A stretch of 64,000 nucleotides of DNA, taken from positions 4,896,001 through 4,960,000 of the forward strand of contig OZ241917.1 in assembly GCA_965203805.1 (NCBI GenBank). Reading direction: 5' to 3'. Position 1 is the stretch's first letter. Each line of letters opens with the position of its first letter. A program made the position numbers and the translations under genes. This document shows positions 28,768-38,598 of this stretch, piece after piece. The notes under the pieces were generated by a model that saw only the letters and a program-made list of their open reading frames with translations, ran no database searches and was not told the origin of the DNA. Source of the DNA: Candidatus Latescibacterota bacterium. Lineage in GTDB: Bacteria; Latescibacterota; UBA2968; GCA-2709665.

Positions 28768-29868
28768 TCAATCCGTCCCTTCGCTGACGCTGTCCCTTTC
28801 CCAGATTTCCCCGTGCGCGTATTCCTCCACCCATGAGTCGAGGTCTTCGGCCTGGGTCCTTTTGAATTCCGTGGTTTCATTGTTGCGTTCCACGACCACG
28901 ATATCGTCCGCGTCGAAGCTGTCGACGAAGGCGCTGGACTGCGTGCTGACGAGCACCTGCGCGTGCTGGCTTACGGAACGGAACAGAGAGGCAATCACGT
29001 CCACAGCGCAGGGGTCCAGTCCGAGTTCCGGTTCATCCACGACAATCAATGACGGGAGTTTTTCAGCCGGCTGTAACAGAAGCGATATCAGACACATAGC
29101 CCGCACGGTGCCGTCCGAAAGCTGGTGCGGCCCGAAAACGAGATCGGACTCCCGGTGCCGCCAGTTGAGAATAATATCTCTCGTATCGGCGGGCTCCAGA
29201 TCGAAGTCTTCGAAGAACGGCGCCACCTGCCGGACTGTGGTCACAATACGCCGGTAATCGGCTTCACCACTTAACTTGAGCGCGTAGAGTATCGCCGCCA
29301 GGTTGCCCGCGTCGGGCTTGAGCCAGCGGTTGTCTCCCATATAGCCGTATTGCCGGACTCTCGACGTTGGCGAAGTATTGTGAAAGTGATAGACGCGGCA
29401 ACGATTCAGCAAAACTCTCAGTGTTTTTGCCGTGGGCTCTCCGGTTTCCGCCACTTCTCCAATCTTCGTCTCCAGATGGCCGACGCCCAGTTGAACGATC
29501 TTGGGGCTGGGATAACCTTCCTGATGGAACGCAGCTGTTTCTTCCGCGAATATGAGCGCATCGCCCGCGGCGTGGAAGAGTCTCATATGGTAGGTGTCCG
29601 TTCCGTTCTCCACCTCAAACACCATTCTCGCTTCCAGTTGGGGGGTCACTCCCGGGCCGAAGTGCAGGTTCCCCGTGGCCCCACCCGTCGCGCCGACGTG
29701 CTGCTGAAGGCGTCCGCCCATCAGTTCATTCACCAGCTTGAAAAAGGCAATGAGATTGCTCTTGCCGGCTCCGTTTGCGCCGATGAGGACGTTGAGCGGC
29801 TTGAGCCCCAAATTCATCTCTTTAATGGAGCGAAATCCCTTAATTTCGACATTGTTTAGCGTTGTCAT
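28768..29868 (-). CDS. ABC/SMC-like AAA ATPase (AAA_21/AbiEii-like)
   Basis: GANGAGKSN Walker A, LSDGT signature, VVDEPE Walker B, STQS. Confidence 0.88.
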   Translation of the reverse strand: MTTLNNVEIKGFRSIKEMNLGLKPLNVLIGANGAGKSNLIAFFKLVNELMGGRLQQHVGATGGATGNLHFGPGVTPQLEARMVFEVENGTDTYHMRLFHAAGDALIFAEETAAFHQEGYPSPKIVQLGVGHLETKIGEVAETGEPTAKTLRVLLNRCRVYHFHNTSPTSRVRQYGYMGDNRWLKPDAGNLAAILYALKLSGEADYRRIVTTVRQVAPFFEDFDLEPADTRDIILNWRHRESDLVFGPHQLSDGTVRAMCLISLLLQPAEKLPSLIVVDEPELGLDPCAVDVIASLFRSVSQHAQVLVSTQSSAFVDSFDADDIVVVERNNETTEFKRTQAEDLDSWVEEYAHGEIWERDSVSEGTD

Positions 29869-29916
29869 GGTGTTTCCTCCAAACTTGGAACACGATCCTC
29901 TTAAATTCCGAATTTA

Positions 29917-29995
29917 CATGGATGGATCTGCCTGCCTGTCCAGCCAGCGCAGCCAGGCGGGCTGAAGCAGGCGAGGCAGGCAGGATGAACAGGAC
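29917..29995 (+). repeat. Nested REP/MITE-like element, copy 1
   Basis: Near-identical to 35335-35413. Confidence 0.85.
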
Positions 29996-30253
29996 AATGA
30001 ACTCAAGAAACAGGAATGCTTCATTTTCCTGCAAATTGCGATGAACCCGTGCGCCATAGACTGCGCGACGTCGCGCCGACCACCCCGATTCCAAAACCTG
30101 AAGGCTGTTGTTACGGCCTACGCCGAATTCTCAATGAAACAACCGCTCATTCAAGAAAGCCACCTCCTTTCGTGGATTACTTGCACGATAAAACGTACGA
30201 CGCGAATCCGCCAGCCGCTAAGGGTTCCTTGACGCCGGCGTCCCCGACAGCGC

Positions 30254-33200
30254 TCAAAATATGTACCTCATGCCGACCTGGACTTCACGCGGGTAGCCGA
30301 GGCCGGACTGGACGGTGCCGTCGAAGTTGAACAGCAGGCCCGACGTGGAAGGGTCGCGGTAGTTGTCCGTGTTGAGCAGGTTGAAGACCTCGACAATGGC
30401 CTCAAGCGTGCCGGTGCCCATCGAAATCGGGCGCGTGAGGCGCACGTCCCACGAGAAGAACCCGTGGTCCTTGCGGAGCGTGTTGCGCTGGACGATGCCG
30501 CCGTCCGCGCAGATCCGGTCCGAAGTGGGTCCCCACGGGTTGGTCGTGACGCGGCTGGACGGCCGGTTGTTGCCGCCGCACGCGGCGGAGATCGGCTGCG
30601 GCGAATGGAAGCTCACACGGTTGTTCATATAGAGGTCGCCGGGAAGTATGGCCAGCCCCCAGGCGTTGAAGCGATGGCGCTGGTCGCGGTCCGAAAGCCC
30701 CCATTCGCGGTCCAGCCGGGTGGGATCCACGTAGCGGAACGTGAACGGGTCGCGCTCGTTATCGTCGTCGGACCGGTCCCGGGACATTGTGTAGTTGACT
30801 TGGAACTGCAAGTGTTCGTGCATCGTCCGCCTCAGCCCCAGACTGAGGCCGTGGTAGCGCGATTTCGCTGTGCTCTCGGCTGTAATCAGGTTGCCGATGC
30901 CGTTTCCCCCGTCCGGACCCAGGCCGGTTGACCACGGAGAACCGAATGCCGCGTCGTTTCGGTTGACGAAACGCGTAAGATTGTCGGTACGTGCGTAGGT
31001 AAAATCGACGGAGCCCACAAGTCCCGATTCCTGAAACTCGTGCTCGATACCCGCGTTCAGGCTGAAGGTCCGCGGGTTCTGAAAGTTCTCATCGAAGACG
31101 TGGATGTTGGGCTGGAACGGGCCGCCTTCAGGCGAGGGCAGCAATTCGCCGTACGCAGGGGGCGGACCCAGGACCGGGGTCAACTCGCTGGACCGGAAGA
31201 GAGATTGCCCGCGGGAGCCGTTGGTCGAGCGGGTGCTGGCCAGGACCAGCCCCGGAATACGGGCAAAGTAGATCCCGGCACTGGCGCGCAAGAGGGTCCT
31301 GTTGTCGCCGTGCGGGTCGTAGGCCAGGCCGATCCGCGGCTGGAGCATATCCACGTCGGACGGAATCCTGCCGTTGGAGGGAAATCTGTGGGCGCCCGCG
31401 TCGTTGGTTACGGTTTTACCGATGAAATCGGCGAAGAAGACGTTGGAAGGATCGGTGATTGGGTGGGGCTGGATCTGCGCCTCCCAGCGCAACCCGTAGT
31501 TGACCGTCAGTCCGCCGGACACCTGCCAGCTGTCCTGCACGAACAGGGCCAGTTCGTGTTGCGGAATGCTCTGGGTCCCTGCGTCTTCCGCGGTCAGCCC
31601 GCCAACGCCTGCCTGCTCCATGTAGAACAGCACCGGTCCCGTGATTCGCGCGCCCGCGGCGCAAACGCCCTCGGTGCTGACGCTTCCATCCGAACATTCC
31701 ACGTAGCGGTTGCCGTTTTCCACGAAGCTGAGAAATCCGTCCACCGAGTCGAAAATGAACCGTCCGTTCGCGAAGCCGATAAAGGTCTGCACGGACTCGA
31801 CGCGATTCCACTCAATGCCGGCCTTGAACAGGTGGCCGCCCCTGGCAAGCGATATGTTGTTGAGCAACTGAACGCGGGTGTCGTAATATTCGATCGGAAT
31901 GAAGAACGGCATCCCGAAGCGATATCCGTGGTCAAAGTCCATGCCGGTATCGGGGAAGGGTCGCCCGGTATGGGGATTGACCGGTCCCGCATAGGGACGC
32001 GGACGGTCCTCGCGAGAGAACTGAAATCGGAACTCGTTGATCGTGTTGGGTGAGAGAAGCGATACGAGGCTGCCGTTGAACGCGTGCGACCAGTCTCTTT
32101 CAATCGCGTTGGCGCTGCGCGCCCAGGTGTCCACGTCGAAGGTGCCGTTTTCCTGCTCAGACCATGTATAGTTGTATTTGAAGGTGGCGGAGTGGTCTTT
32201 CGAGAGGCGGAGGTCCACCTTGGCCAGGAAAGCGCGGGCGTCGTCGGTACGGTCGATGGGGCCGTAGTCTCCCCGCAGCGCTCCGTTGAACGCCGTGTCC
32301 ATAAAGTCTCGCAAACGGGGGCCCATGCGCCCCGCGTCGCTCTGCCGGGTGTCTCTCAATACCTGCTGATCGTACGCGATGAAGAAGAACGCCTTGTCCC
32401 GCTTCAGCGGGCCGCCGAGCGTGAAGCCGAACTGCCCCTGGCGGAAGCGGGGCCGGCGCTCGGCGCCATTGTGCCTGGCGATTTCGGACAACGCGTCGTG
32501 CTTGCCGAAAAAATGCGCCGATCCGCTGAGTTTGTTCGTGCCCGACTTGGTGATGACGTTCACGAAGCCGCCGCTGGAGCGCCCGAATTCCGCGTTTGCG
32601 CCCTGGGGAACCACAACGATTTCCGCAACGGCGTCCAGATTGAAGGTGAAGGCGGGGCGCTGACCCCCGCGCTGCTCGCCGAAGAACGGGTTGTTGAAAT
32701 CCGCGCCGTCCACCGAGATGTTGTTGTGGATGCCGCGCTGGCCGGCAATGGTCAGCTCGTCGCCGTCCGGCCCCTGCACGATGCTCACGCCCGGGGTCAG
32801 GAGCGTGAGATTCAGAAAATTGCGCCCGTTGTTGGGCAGGTCGCTTACGGCTTCCTCGGGCAGGCGCGTGGCCGTCTCCGTTCGGGTGACGTCGACCGCG
32901 GGCCTCCTGGCCACAACCACGAACTCCTCTATTTCAATAATCATCTTGATGACCAGTTCAACCGTCTCTCCAACCCGGACTTGCACACCACTCTGCCGTG
33001 CTTCGGCCCATCCCTCGGCGCGTACCGTGACGTCGTAGAAGCCGAGAGGAAGCAGCGTCGCGGTGAACAGTCCCACGTCGGACGTCGCGAGGATTCTCCG
33101 GTAATTGGTGCCCGCCTCCCGCAGGATGACGGTAGCGCCTTCGACGGGATTGTCGAACTGGTCGCATACGAGGCCCCGGATAACGCCCGTGGTCGCCTGG

Positions 33201-33292
33201 GACTGGGCATCCGCGTGGCGGCACGTCAGGCTCATCGACAACAGAAGAATGGACAGCGTGCGTATCGGGGATTGGAGTCGGTGACAGGTCAT
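30254..33292 (-). CDS. TonB-dependent receptor (Oar-like, carboxypeptidase-regulatory N-domain)
   Basis: Signal peptide, LPNNGRNF, AEFGRSSGG, TKSGTN, terminal Phe. Confidence 0.92.
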   Translation of the reverse strand: MTCHRLQSPIRTLSILLLSMSLTCRHADAQSQATTGVIRGLVCDQFDNPVEGATVILREAGTNYRRILATSDVGLFTATLLPLGFYDVTVRAEGWAEARQSGVQVRVGETVELVIKMIIEIEEFVVVARRPAVDVTRTETATRLPEEAVSDLPNNGRNFLNLTLLTPGVSIVQGPDGDELTIAGQRGIHNNISVDGADFNNPFFGEQRGGQRPAFTFNLDAVAEIVVVPQGANAEFGRSSGGFVNVITKSGTNKLSGSAHFFGKHDALSEIARHNGAERRPRFRQGQFGFTLGGPLKRDKAFFFIAYDQQVLRDTRQSDAGRMGPRLRDFMDTAFNGALRGDYGPIDRTDDARAFLAKVDLRLSKDHSATFKYNYTWSEQENGTFDVDTWARSANAIERDWSHAFNGSLVSLLSPNTINEFRFQFSREDRPRPYAGPVNPHTGRPFPDTGMDFDHGYRFGMPFFIPIEYYDTRVQLLNNISLARGGHLFKAGIEWNRVESVQTFIGFANGRFIFDSVDGFLSFVENGNRYVECSDGSVSTEGVCAAGARITGPVLFYMEQAGVGGLTAEDAGTQSIPQHELALFVQDSWQVSGGLTVNYGLRWEAQIQPHPITDPSNVFFADFIGKTVTNDAGAHRFPSNGRIPSDVDMLQPRIGLAYDPHGDNRTLLRASAGIYFARIPGLVLASTRSTNGSRGQSLFRSSELTPVLGPPPAYGELLPSPEGGPFQPNIHVFDENFQNPRTFSLNAGIEHEFQESGLVGSVDFTYARTDNLTRFVNRNDAAFGSPWSTGLGPDGGNGIGNLITAESTAKSRYHGLSLGLRRTMHEHLQFQVNYTMSRDRSDDDNERDPFTFRYVDPTRLDREWGLSDRDQRHRFNAWGLAILPGDLYMNNRVSFHSPQPISAACGGNNRPSSRVTTNPWGPTSDRICADGGIVQRNTLRKDHGFFSWDVRLTRPISMGTGTLEAIVEVFNLLNTDNYRDPSTSGLLFNFDGTVQSGLGYPREVQVGMRYIF

Positions 33293-33590
33293 GGCGTATG
33301 ATAGCGTCCGTGTGGTAATGTCGGCTTAGGAGTCACTTATTTTTCGATTTTCGTCCGGTAACGTCTCGCCGTGGAAGGGGTTTCTTTTACAGTCGAGGGC
33401 CTGCGAAGGATACCCTCACGATCGGAATTGGCCATTTCCCAGGATCGAGACAACTCTTCGGGGCTTGTGGGTTTTATCCTGTGCATCCTGTGCATGCATG
33501 TAAATTGTCGCACTTCGACTTCAATTGGCCAACAAAAAAAGCGACCCGTAAGTCGCCTTGGTTCACGTCACTCAGCCGTCTGCGCCGCGG

Positions 33591-34103
33591 TCATGCCGCG
33601 GAGCCCGGCCGGCGCAACTCGACCCGGCCGTGTTCGAGAAGGGTGACCACCCTGGCCTCCGAACACTGCATCTGCGCGGCGATCTGCGCGATGGTCTTTC
33701 CTTCGTCCCGATAGAGGCGCACGGCCTCGTCCCGGTCGATTCCAGGCACGTATCCTTTGGCGCCCTTCAAACCGGCGTGTTTGGTCACCTGGATATCTCC
33801 GGTCACGTCCACCTGGCAAGCAAGGCGCAGGTTCCCCTTAAGCAGCAGAAAGCGAAGGTTCTCCCTGGCGCCTTTGACGCTTAGGCCGTCCTGCGGGACG
33901 ACCTCGACCGTACAGGTACCGCACAGCCCGTTGCCTTCGCAGTTCACGAACCGGGTGATTCCGTTATAAAGATTGATATCGTTGTCTATTGCCAGTTGCC
34001 GGAGGTTGGTGTGCGGTTTGCACTCGACCGACTTGTCCCAGTTGGTGAACGTAACCTTGCAGACCTTTTTGCGCTCGGGCAGGCTGCCAATAAAGGTGGA
34101 CAT
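33591..34103 (-). CDS. 2Fe-2S ferredoxin with a C-terminal HTH-like extension
   Basis: CEGNGLCGTC...RLACQ; tail LYRDEGKTIAQIAAQMQCSEARVVTLL. Confidence 0.8.
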   Translation of the reverse strand: MSTFIGSLPERKKVCKVTFTNWDKSVECKPHTNLRQLAIDNDINLYNGITRFVNCEGNGLCGTCTVEVVPQDGLSVKGARENLRFLLLKGNLRLACQVDVTGDIQVTKHAGLKGAKGYVPGIDRDEAVRLYRDEGKTIAQIAAQMQCSEARVVTLLEHGRVELRRPGSAA

Positions 34104-34417
34104 AGAACCTCAAGAGAGCAATCAGCGATCAGCCGTCAGCCAAAAACAAAAATCGAAAACCAGAGAGCAATTTTATTCGGCAAACGCAGGCTTTGCAGGG
34201 GCAACCCTTGTGGTCGCCCGGGCATTGGATTCTCGCGGCCTACAAGGTATTGATTTTCGCCGTTGAACACAAGTGGAAAACGGCGTCGTGAGCGATCCCG
34301 CCGAAAATCGATTGATACGTGCACGCGCCTGTCGATTTTGGTATATTCAGGTGCATCCGAAAGGCAGGCCCCTTTATGGAAACCCGCGATTGAAGGTAAC
34401 GAGGATGCAGACGCCCT

Positions 34418-35320
34418 ATGAACGATAGCGGAACATCGTCGACGCCATCCGGCGAGACGGCCGTGCGTCGTGCCGTCACCTCACACCCGAGGCTGTTCGA
34501 GAACAACCGGTACGTCTATCCAGTACTTTCCCGGCGTTCCGGGGGCATCTCGATCGGGATCAATCTGAATCCCGACAAGATCTGCAACTTCGACTGCATC
34601 TATTGCCAGGTGGACCGCGTGGTCCCGCCCGTGCTGCGCGATGTGGACGAAGACCGGGTCATCCAGGAACTGGAGGCCCTTCTGGGCGACGTACTGAGCG
34701 GCAGGATCTTCCAGCACACGGCATTCCGTGAAATCCCCGATCGGCTCAAGCGGATCAACGATATCGCTTTCTCGGGCGACGGCGAACCCACAACCTATCC
34801 CCGGTTCAGGGAGATCGTTGAAAAAACCGCGGACGTCAAGGGGCGGTTCGGCCTTGATGACGTCAAGATCACCGCCATCACCAACTGCACGCGCTTTCAC
34901 GTCCCCGCGGTGCTCGAAGCCTTCGAAATCATGCACCGGAACAACGGCGAGATCTGGGCCAAACTGGAGGCAGGCACGGCCGAATACTATCATCTGGTGG
35001 AACGTACCCGCATCTCCTTCGAGCGGACTATCGACAACCTTAAACTGGCCGCGTGCAGATGGCCCCTGGTCATCCAGAGCCTGTTCATGCGCGTTCACGG
35101 CGAGCCCCCGCCGGATGAAGAGATCCTCGCCTTCTGCAACGTCCTCTCCAACGTGCTGGACGAGGGCGGTCAACTGAAGAACATCCAGATCTACACGGTC
35201 GCACGAAAGCCCGCGGAATCGTACGTGACCGCCCTGACCGACGCCGAAGTCGACCGCATCGCCGAAGTCACACGCAAGAACCTGCCCGGCGTCCCCGTCG
35301 AATCCTACTACGGCGCGTAA
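34418..35320 (+). CDS. Radical SAM protein
   Basis: YPVLSRRSGGISIGINL, CNFDCIYC, FSGDGEPT. Confidence 0.9.
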   Translation: MNDSGTSSTPSGETAVRRAVTSHPRLFENNRYVYPVLSRRSGGISIGINLNPDKICNFDCIYCQVDRVVPPVLRDVDEDRVIQELEALLGDVLSGRIFQHTAFREIPDRLKRINDIAFSGDGEPTTYPRFREIVEKTADVKGRFGLDDVKITAITNCTRFHVPAVLEAFEIMHRNNGEIWAKLEAGTAEYYHLVERTRISFERTIDNLKLAACRWPLVIQSLFMRVHGEPPPDEEILAFCNVLSNVLDEGGQLKNIQIYTVARKPAESYVTALTDAEVDRIAEVTRKNLPGVPVESYYGA

Positions 35321-35334
35321 CCCGCAACAACCTG

Positions 35335-35413
35335 CATGGATGGACCTGCCTGCCTGTCCAGCCAGCGCAGCCAGGCGGGCTGAAGCAGGCGAGGCAGGCA
35401 GGATGAACAGGAT
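35335..35413 (+). repeat. Nested REP/MITE-like element, copy 2
   Basis: Near-identical to 29917-29995. Confidence 0.85.
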
Positions 35414-35567
35414 TGATGCGGTGTGGTGTCAATCCAGTCCGGCCACATCCCCGCCGTTCCGTATATGTACATCCAGACTGCGTTACAGCTCTTGTTCGGA
35501 TTCTTGCTTGATTTTAATCGATTCTCGATGTGTCTTCATTGTATCTACTAAACAACGGAGGAACGAT

Positions 35568-35810
35568 ATGGAAACCCGGGTGCAAAAGTGGGGCAACAGT
35601 CTGGCCTTGCGTATTCCCAAACCACTCGCCAACCAGATTGGACTTGAACCAAATTCACCGGTCGAATTATCGTTGCGTGGCGATAAGCTGATGATTGAAC
35701 TTGTAACGCCGCCCGAATTGAATCTGGACGACCTTTTGGCCCGTGTGACCAGGGACAATATACACGGTGAGGTGGATACCGGACCTCCGATTGGCCGCGA
35801 AGTATGGTGA
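35568..35810 (+). CDS. mazE: AbrB/MazE antitoxin
   Basis: VQKWGNSLALRIPK; GGAGG RBS. Confidence 0.92.
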   Translation: METRVQKWGNSLALRIPKPLANQIGLEPNSPVELSLRGDKLMIELVTPPELNLDDLLARVTRDNIHGEVDTGPPIGREVW

Positions 35811-36163
35811 GGCTTAGCGAGTACGTACCACAGCGCGGTGACGCGGTTTGGATTGACTTCAATCCACAGGCTGGACATGAACAAGCAGATCGGCGCCCAG
35901 CCGTTGTGCTTTCGAAGGGGGTTTACAATGGGAAGACCCGTCTGGCAATACTCTGCCCAATTACCAGTCAAGTGAAGGGGTATCCCTTTGAGGTCGTCAT
36001 CCCCGCAGGATTGGACGTCTCGGGTGCTATTCTGTCGGATCAGGTAAAAAGCATGGATTGGCGGGCGAGAAATGCAACGCTGATATGTCCATTGCCGACA
36101 GAGGTAGTGGATGCGGTATTGCAAAGAGTCGAAACGCTCTTGTCGAGGGAATATGGGATGTGA
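35804..36163 (+). CDS. mazF: MazF endoribonuclease toxin
   Basis: YVPQRGD...FNPQAGHEQADRRPAVVLS, CPITSQVKGYPFEV. Confidence 0.95.
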   Translation: MVRLSEYVPQRGDAVWIDFNPQAGHEQADRRPAVVLSKGVYNGKTRLAILCPITSQVKGYPFEVVIPAGLDVSGAILSDQVKSMDWRARNATLICPLPTEVVDAVLQRVETLLSREYGM

Positions 36164-36321
36164 CGAAAATAACCCACCGTCAAGACCGGCTGCATATCAA
36201 TTTCGGCTAATTCTGCTGACTGGCATACCCTTCGAGTCGTATTGTTGTACCTGAACATAGTTGGGAATATATCCAAAACACGGTCCGGCATTCCTTTTGC
36301 GTCTGCGAACACTGAGGTAGA

Positions 36322-36570
36322 ATGATGAAGATATCTCTTCATGATCTGGGACGACGCGTGAACGAAGTACTTCTCGCGCTCGACCGGAACGAATCGGTCG
36401 CCGTCTATTTTCGAGGCAAGGAAAAGGCCATCCTGACGCCCAGCCACCAGCGAACGGAGAGATCCGTATCGGACCATACGGCCTTCGGAATGTGGCGGGA
36501 CAGGAAAGATATGGCGGACGTCGGTGCGTACGTCCGCAATCTGCGCAAAGGCCGCCTGGCTGATCCTTGA
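36322..36570 (+). CDS. Phd/YefM-like antitoxin followed by a few codons of a truncated PIN toxin
   Basis: Phd-like N-terminus, AFGMWRDRKDM; the overlapping frame reads LILDTDV and then degenerates. Confidence 0.65.
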   Translation: MMKISLHDLGRRVNEVLLALDRNESVAVYFRGKEKAILTPSHQRTERSVSDHTAFGMWRDRKDMADVGAYVRNLRKGRLADP

Positions 36571-36689
36571 TACCGATGTTTCGATCATCCCGTCGGCATC
36601 CACTGTCAGAATCAGAACAGGACAACACACCTGCAGCGTGCGTTGTCCTGTTCTTTCGTTTCAGGCTCCGAGCTTTCAGAGAATGGAAC

Positions 36690-37100
36690 TCATTCCGGTT
36701 CTTTATCCAGCATTTCACCGAACGCGTCGAGATCGGATACCTGAACTGCCGCTCGGTGCAACGCCTTGAGACGCTGCGCGTCGTCGACGTTCCCAACCCG
36801 AGCGGCGTATGGATGCGACGCAGCGAGATCGAATCGGACCTCCAGTACGGCGAGGATACTCTCCCGCAGCCCTTGTTCGACGCCCTGGCGGGTGAGGTAT
36901 CGGGCAAAGGATGATTCACGTATGAGATCCATCATGCCCTCCTTCGAAATGATATCGGAAATGGTTTCCGGCGCGTATACCAACCCGCTGAGCAACGACA
37001 TGCCGACCATGAAATCCGCTTTTGCCGTCGGCGCCATCGGACGCGCGTGAGCGGTGTGCAAGCAGTGAAGCAACCACGCCCGTGAAGCCATTCCTCCAGG
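36690..37100 (-). pseudogene. C-terminal fragment of an Rpn/DUF4351-like protein
   Basis: IRESSF...QGVEQGLRESILAVLEVRF...LKALHRAAV tail without the N-terminal domain. Confidence 0.55.
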
Positions 37101-37298
37101 CGGCTCCGCGTAGACATGATACGGGATCAGGGCGGAAAGTCAATTGGATCACGGGAATAATCGAATAATCATACGCAGGCCCGGCAGGTACACACCATCC
37201 AGACCATCGGGGCCGATCAGCGACATTTGGAAGTCCGGACCGACGACAATTGGAATTCCATTTTACACCAACCGGTTCGCATATCAACACACACAATG

Positions 37299-37331
37299 AA
37301 GCCCAACGGTCATAGCGAAACCGTTGGGCTT
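37299..37331. other. Perfect 12-bp-stem hairpin downstream of the DUF3800 gene
   Basis: AAGCCCAACGGT-catagcgaa-ACCGTTGGGCTT. Confidence 0.6.
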
Positions 37332-37436
37332 TCTTGATTTGTGCCTCAAAATCGCACATCCTGGCAGATACCGACATTATCAGGTACATAATCTCCAAAA
37401 CGAACCGTTTACAAATCGAAGACCCGGATACAATGC

Positions 37437-38258
37437 TCACCGATAGTTGCTGTTTCTGTCACAGCTTTGGCCGTTCATCATCATCTGCATCAGTTTAGTT
37501 GAGTACCCTGTCGCGTCGCCGAAGTTCGCCATTCCTGCCTCACGGAGGACATCCATTGGTTCGCACGAATACCTGGGATTGTCCGATCTCAGAAATGCTC
37601 GGCTGATTACGCTGGCGACGACATCGACAAGTCGCTTTCTACGTGAGTCCTCAACCAGAAGCTGCAAACGAGCTATCGATTTGGGTTGACCCAAATGGTA
37701 TTCAGCACAAAGTGACGATATGTGGCTATCCAAGAACATTGCCCGATACCCAAGATAGATTTCAACGTCGGCTTCAGGAATAGACCAATTGTCGATGTAG
37801 ACGGAGAACTCAGCATCCCCTCCGCCGGCCTCGAAACAACCGGTAATTGAATGATATAGACAGTGGTCAAGAACGTGCGAATGGATGATTTGTGCGATGG
37901 GTCGTTCACGGACTTTCGGTCTATGAATTGCCCGGGCTTTTTTTGCAAAACGCTTGTAATTCCTGACAATTCTACGGAATTCTGAATCCGTCGTATCTAT
38001 ACCCGATACATATATCGACAGAGGTAAATCCGTCAGGATTCTGACTATTCGAATAGCGCGATCGATCGAGATGCGGTTGTTTTTCATCGGCTTGTTCTTA
38101 GATAGTCCAACCGCCTCGTTGCACCTGGCAAAGACTTCGGTCTCTGTCGATTGTTCGTACCAGACACCGCAGCCAAGAAACCATTCGTTCCGATTCTTGC
38201 CGACAATCTGTGGCGTTCCGGACTCATCGAAAAGCACTGTCACGTCTTTTCCAACCAT
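37437..38258 (-). CDS. DUF3800-like (RNase H-fold) protein
   Basis: N-terminal FDESG, YID, C-terminal DS...LVDVVAS. Confidence 0.7.
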   Translation of the reverse strand: MVGKDVTVLFDESGTPQIVGKNRNEWFLGCGVWYEQSTETEVFARCNEAVGLSKNKPMKNNRISIDRAIRIVRILTDLPLSIYVSGIDTTDSEFRRIVRNYKRFAKKARAIHRPKVRERPIAQIIHSHVLDHCLYHSITGCFEAGGGDAEFSVYIDNWSIPEADVEIYLGYRAMFLDSHISSLCAEYHLGQPKSIARLQLLVEDSRRKRLVDVVASVISRAFLRSDNPRYSCEPMDVLREAGMANFGDATGYSTKLMQMMMNGQSCDRNSNYR

Positions 38259-38344
38259 TATGCTCCCCGTTATTTCGGAGCGACGAAGGAAAAAAGCACG
38301 ATGGTTTGTCACGCGCTTTGGACTCAGGTAGTGATTCAGCCGGG

Positions 38345-38566
38345 TTACTCCGAGACCAGGACTTTTCGTCGCGCCTGGACGAACCACGTCTTGCCCGTGA
38401 GGCGGTCCACTTCGTAAGCGAAGTTTCCTCCCGTTCCGGCAAGATGATATCGGTTGTGTGATGACCATATATAGGTGACGATAACGATGCCCGCTGAGAG
38501 CAGAAAAGCTGGTATCACAATGGCGCCTGCGATAACGATCGTCCTTCTGTCCATCTGTGGCTCCAA
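38345..38566 (-). CDS. Small membrane-anchored hypothetical protein
   Basis: One TM helix, then NRY...DRLTGKTW. Confidence 0.5.
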   Translation of the reverse strand: MEPQMDRRTIVIAGAIVIPAFLLSAGIVIVTYIWSSHNRYHLAGTGGNFAYEVDRLTGKTWFVQARRKVLVSE

Positions 38567-38598
38567 TCTTATCTGCGAGATTGGCAGCGTCGATAGAT

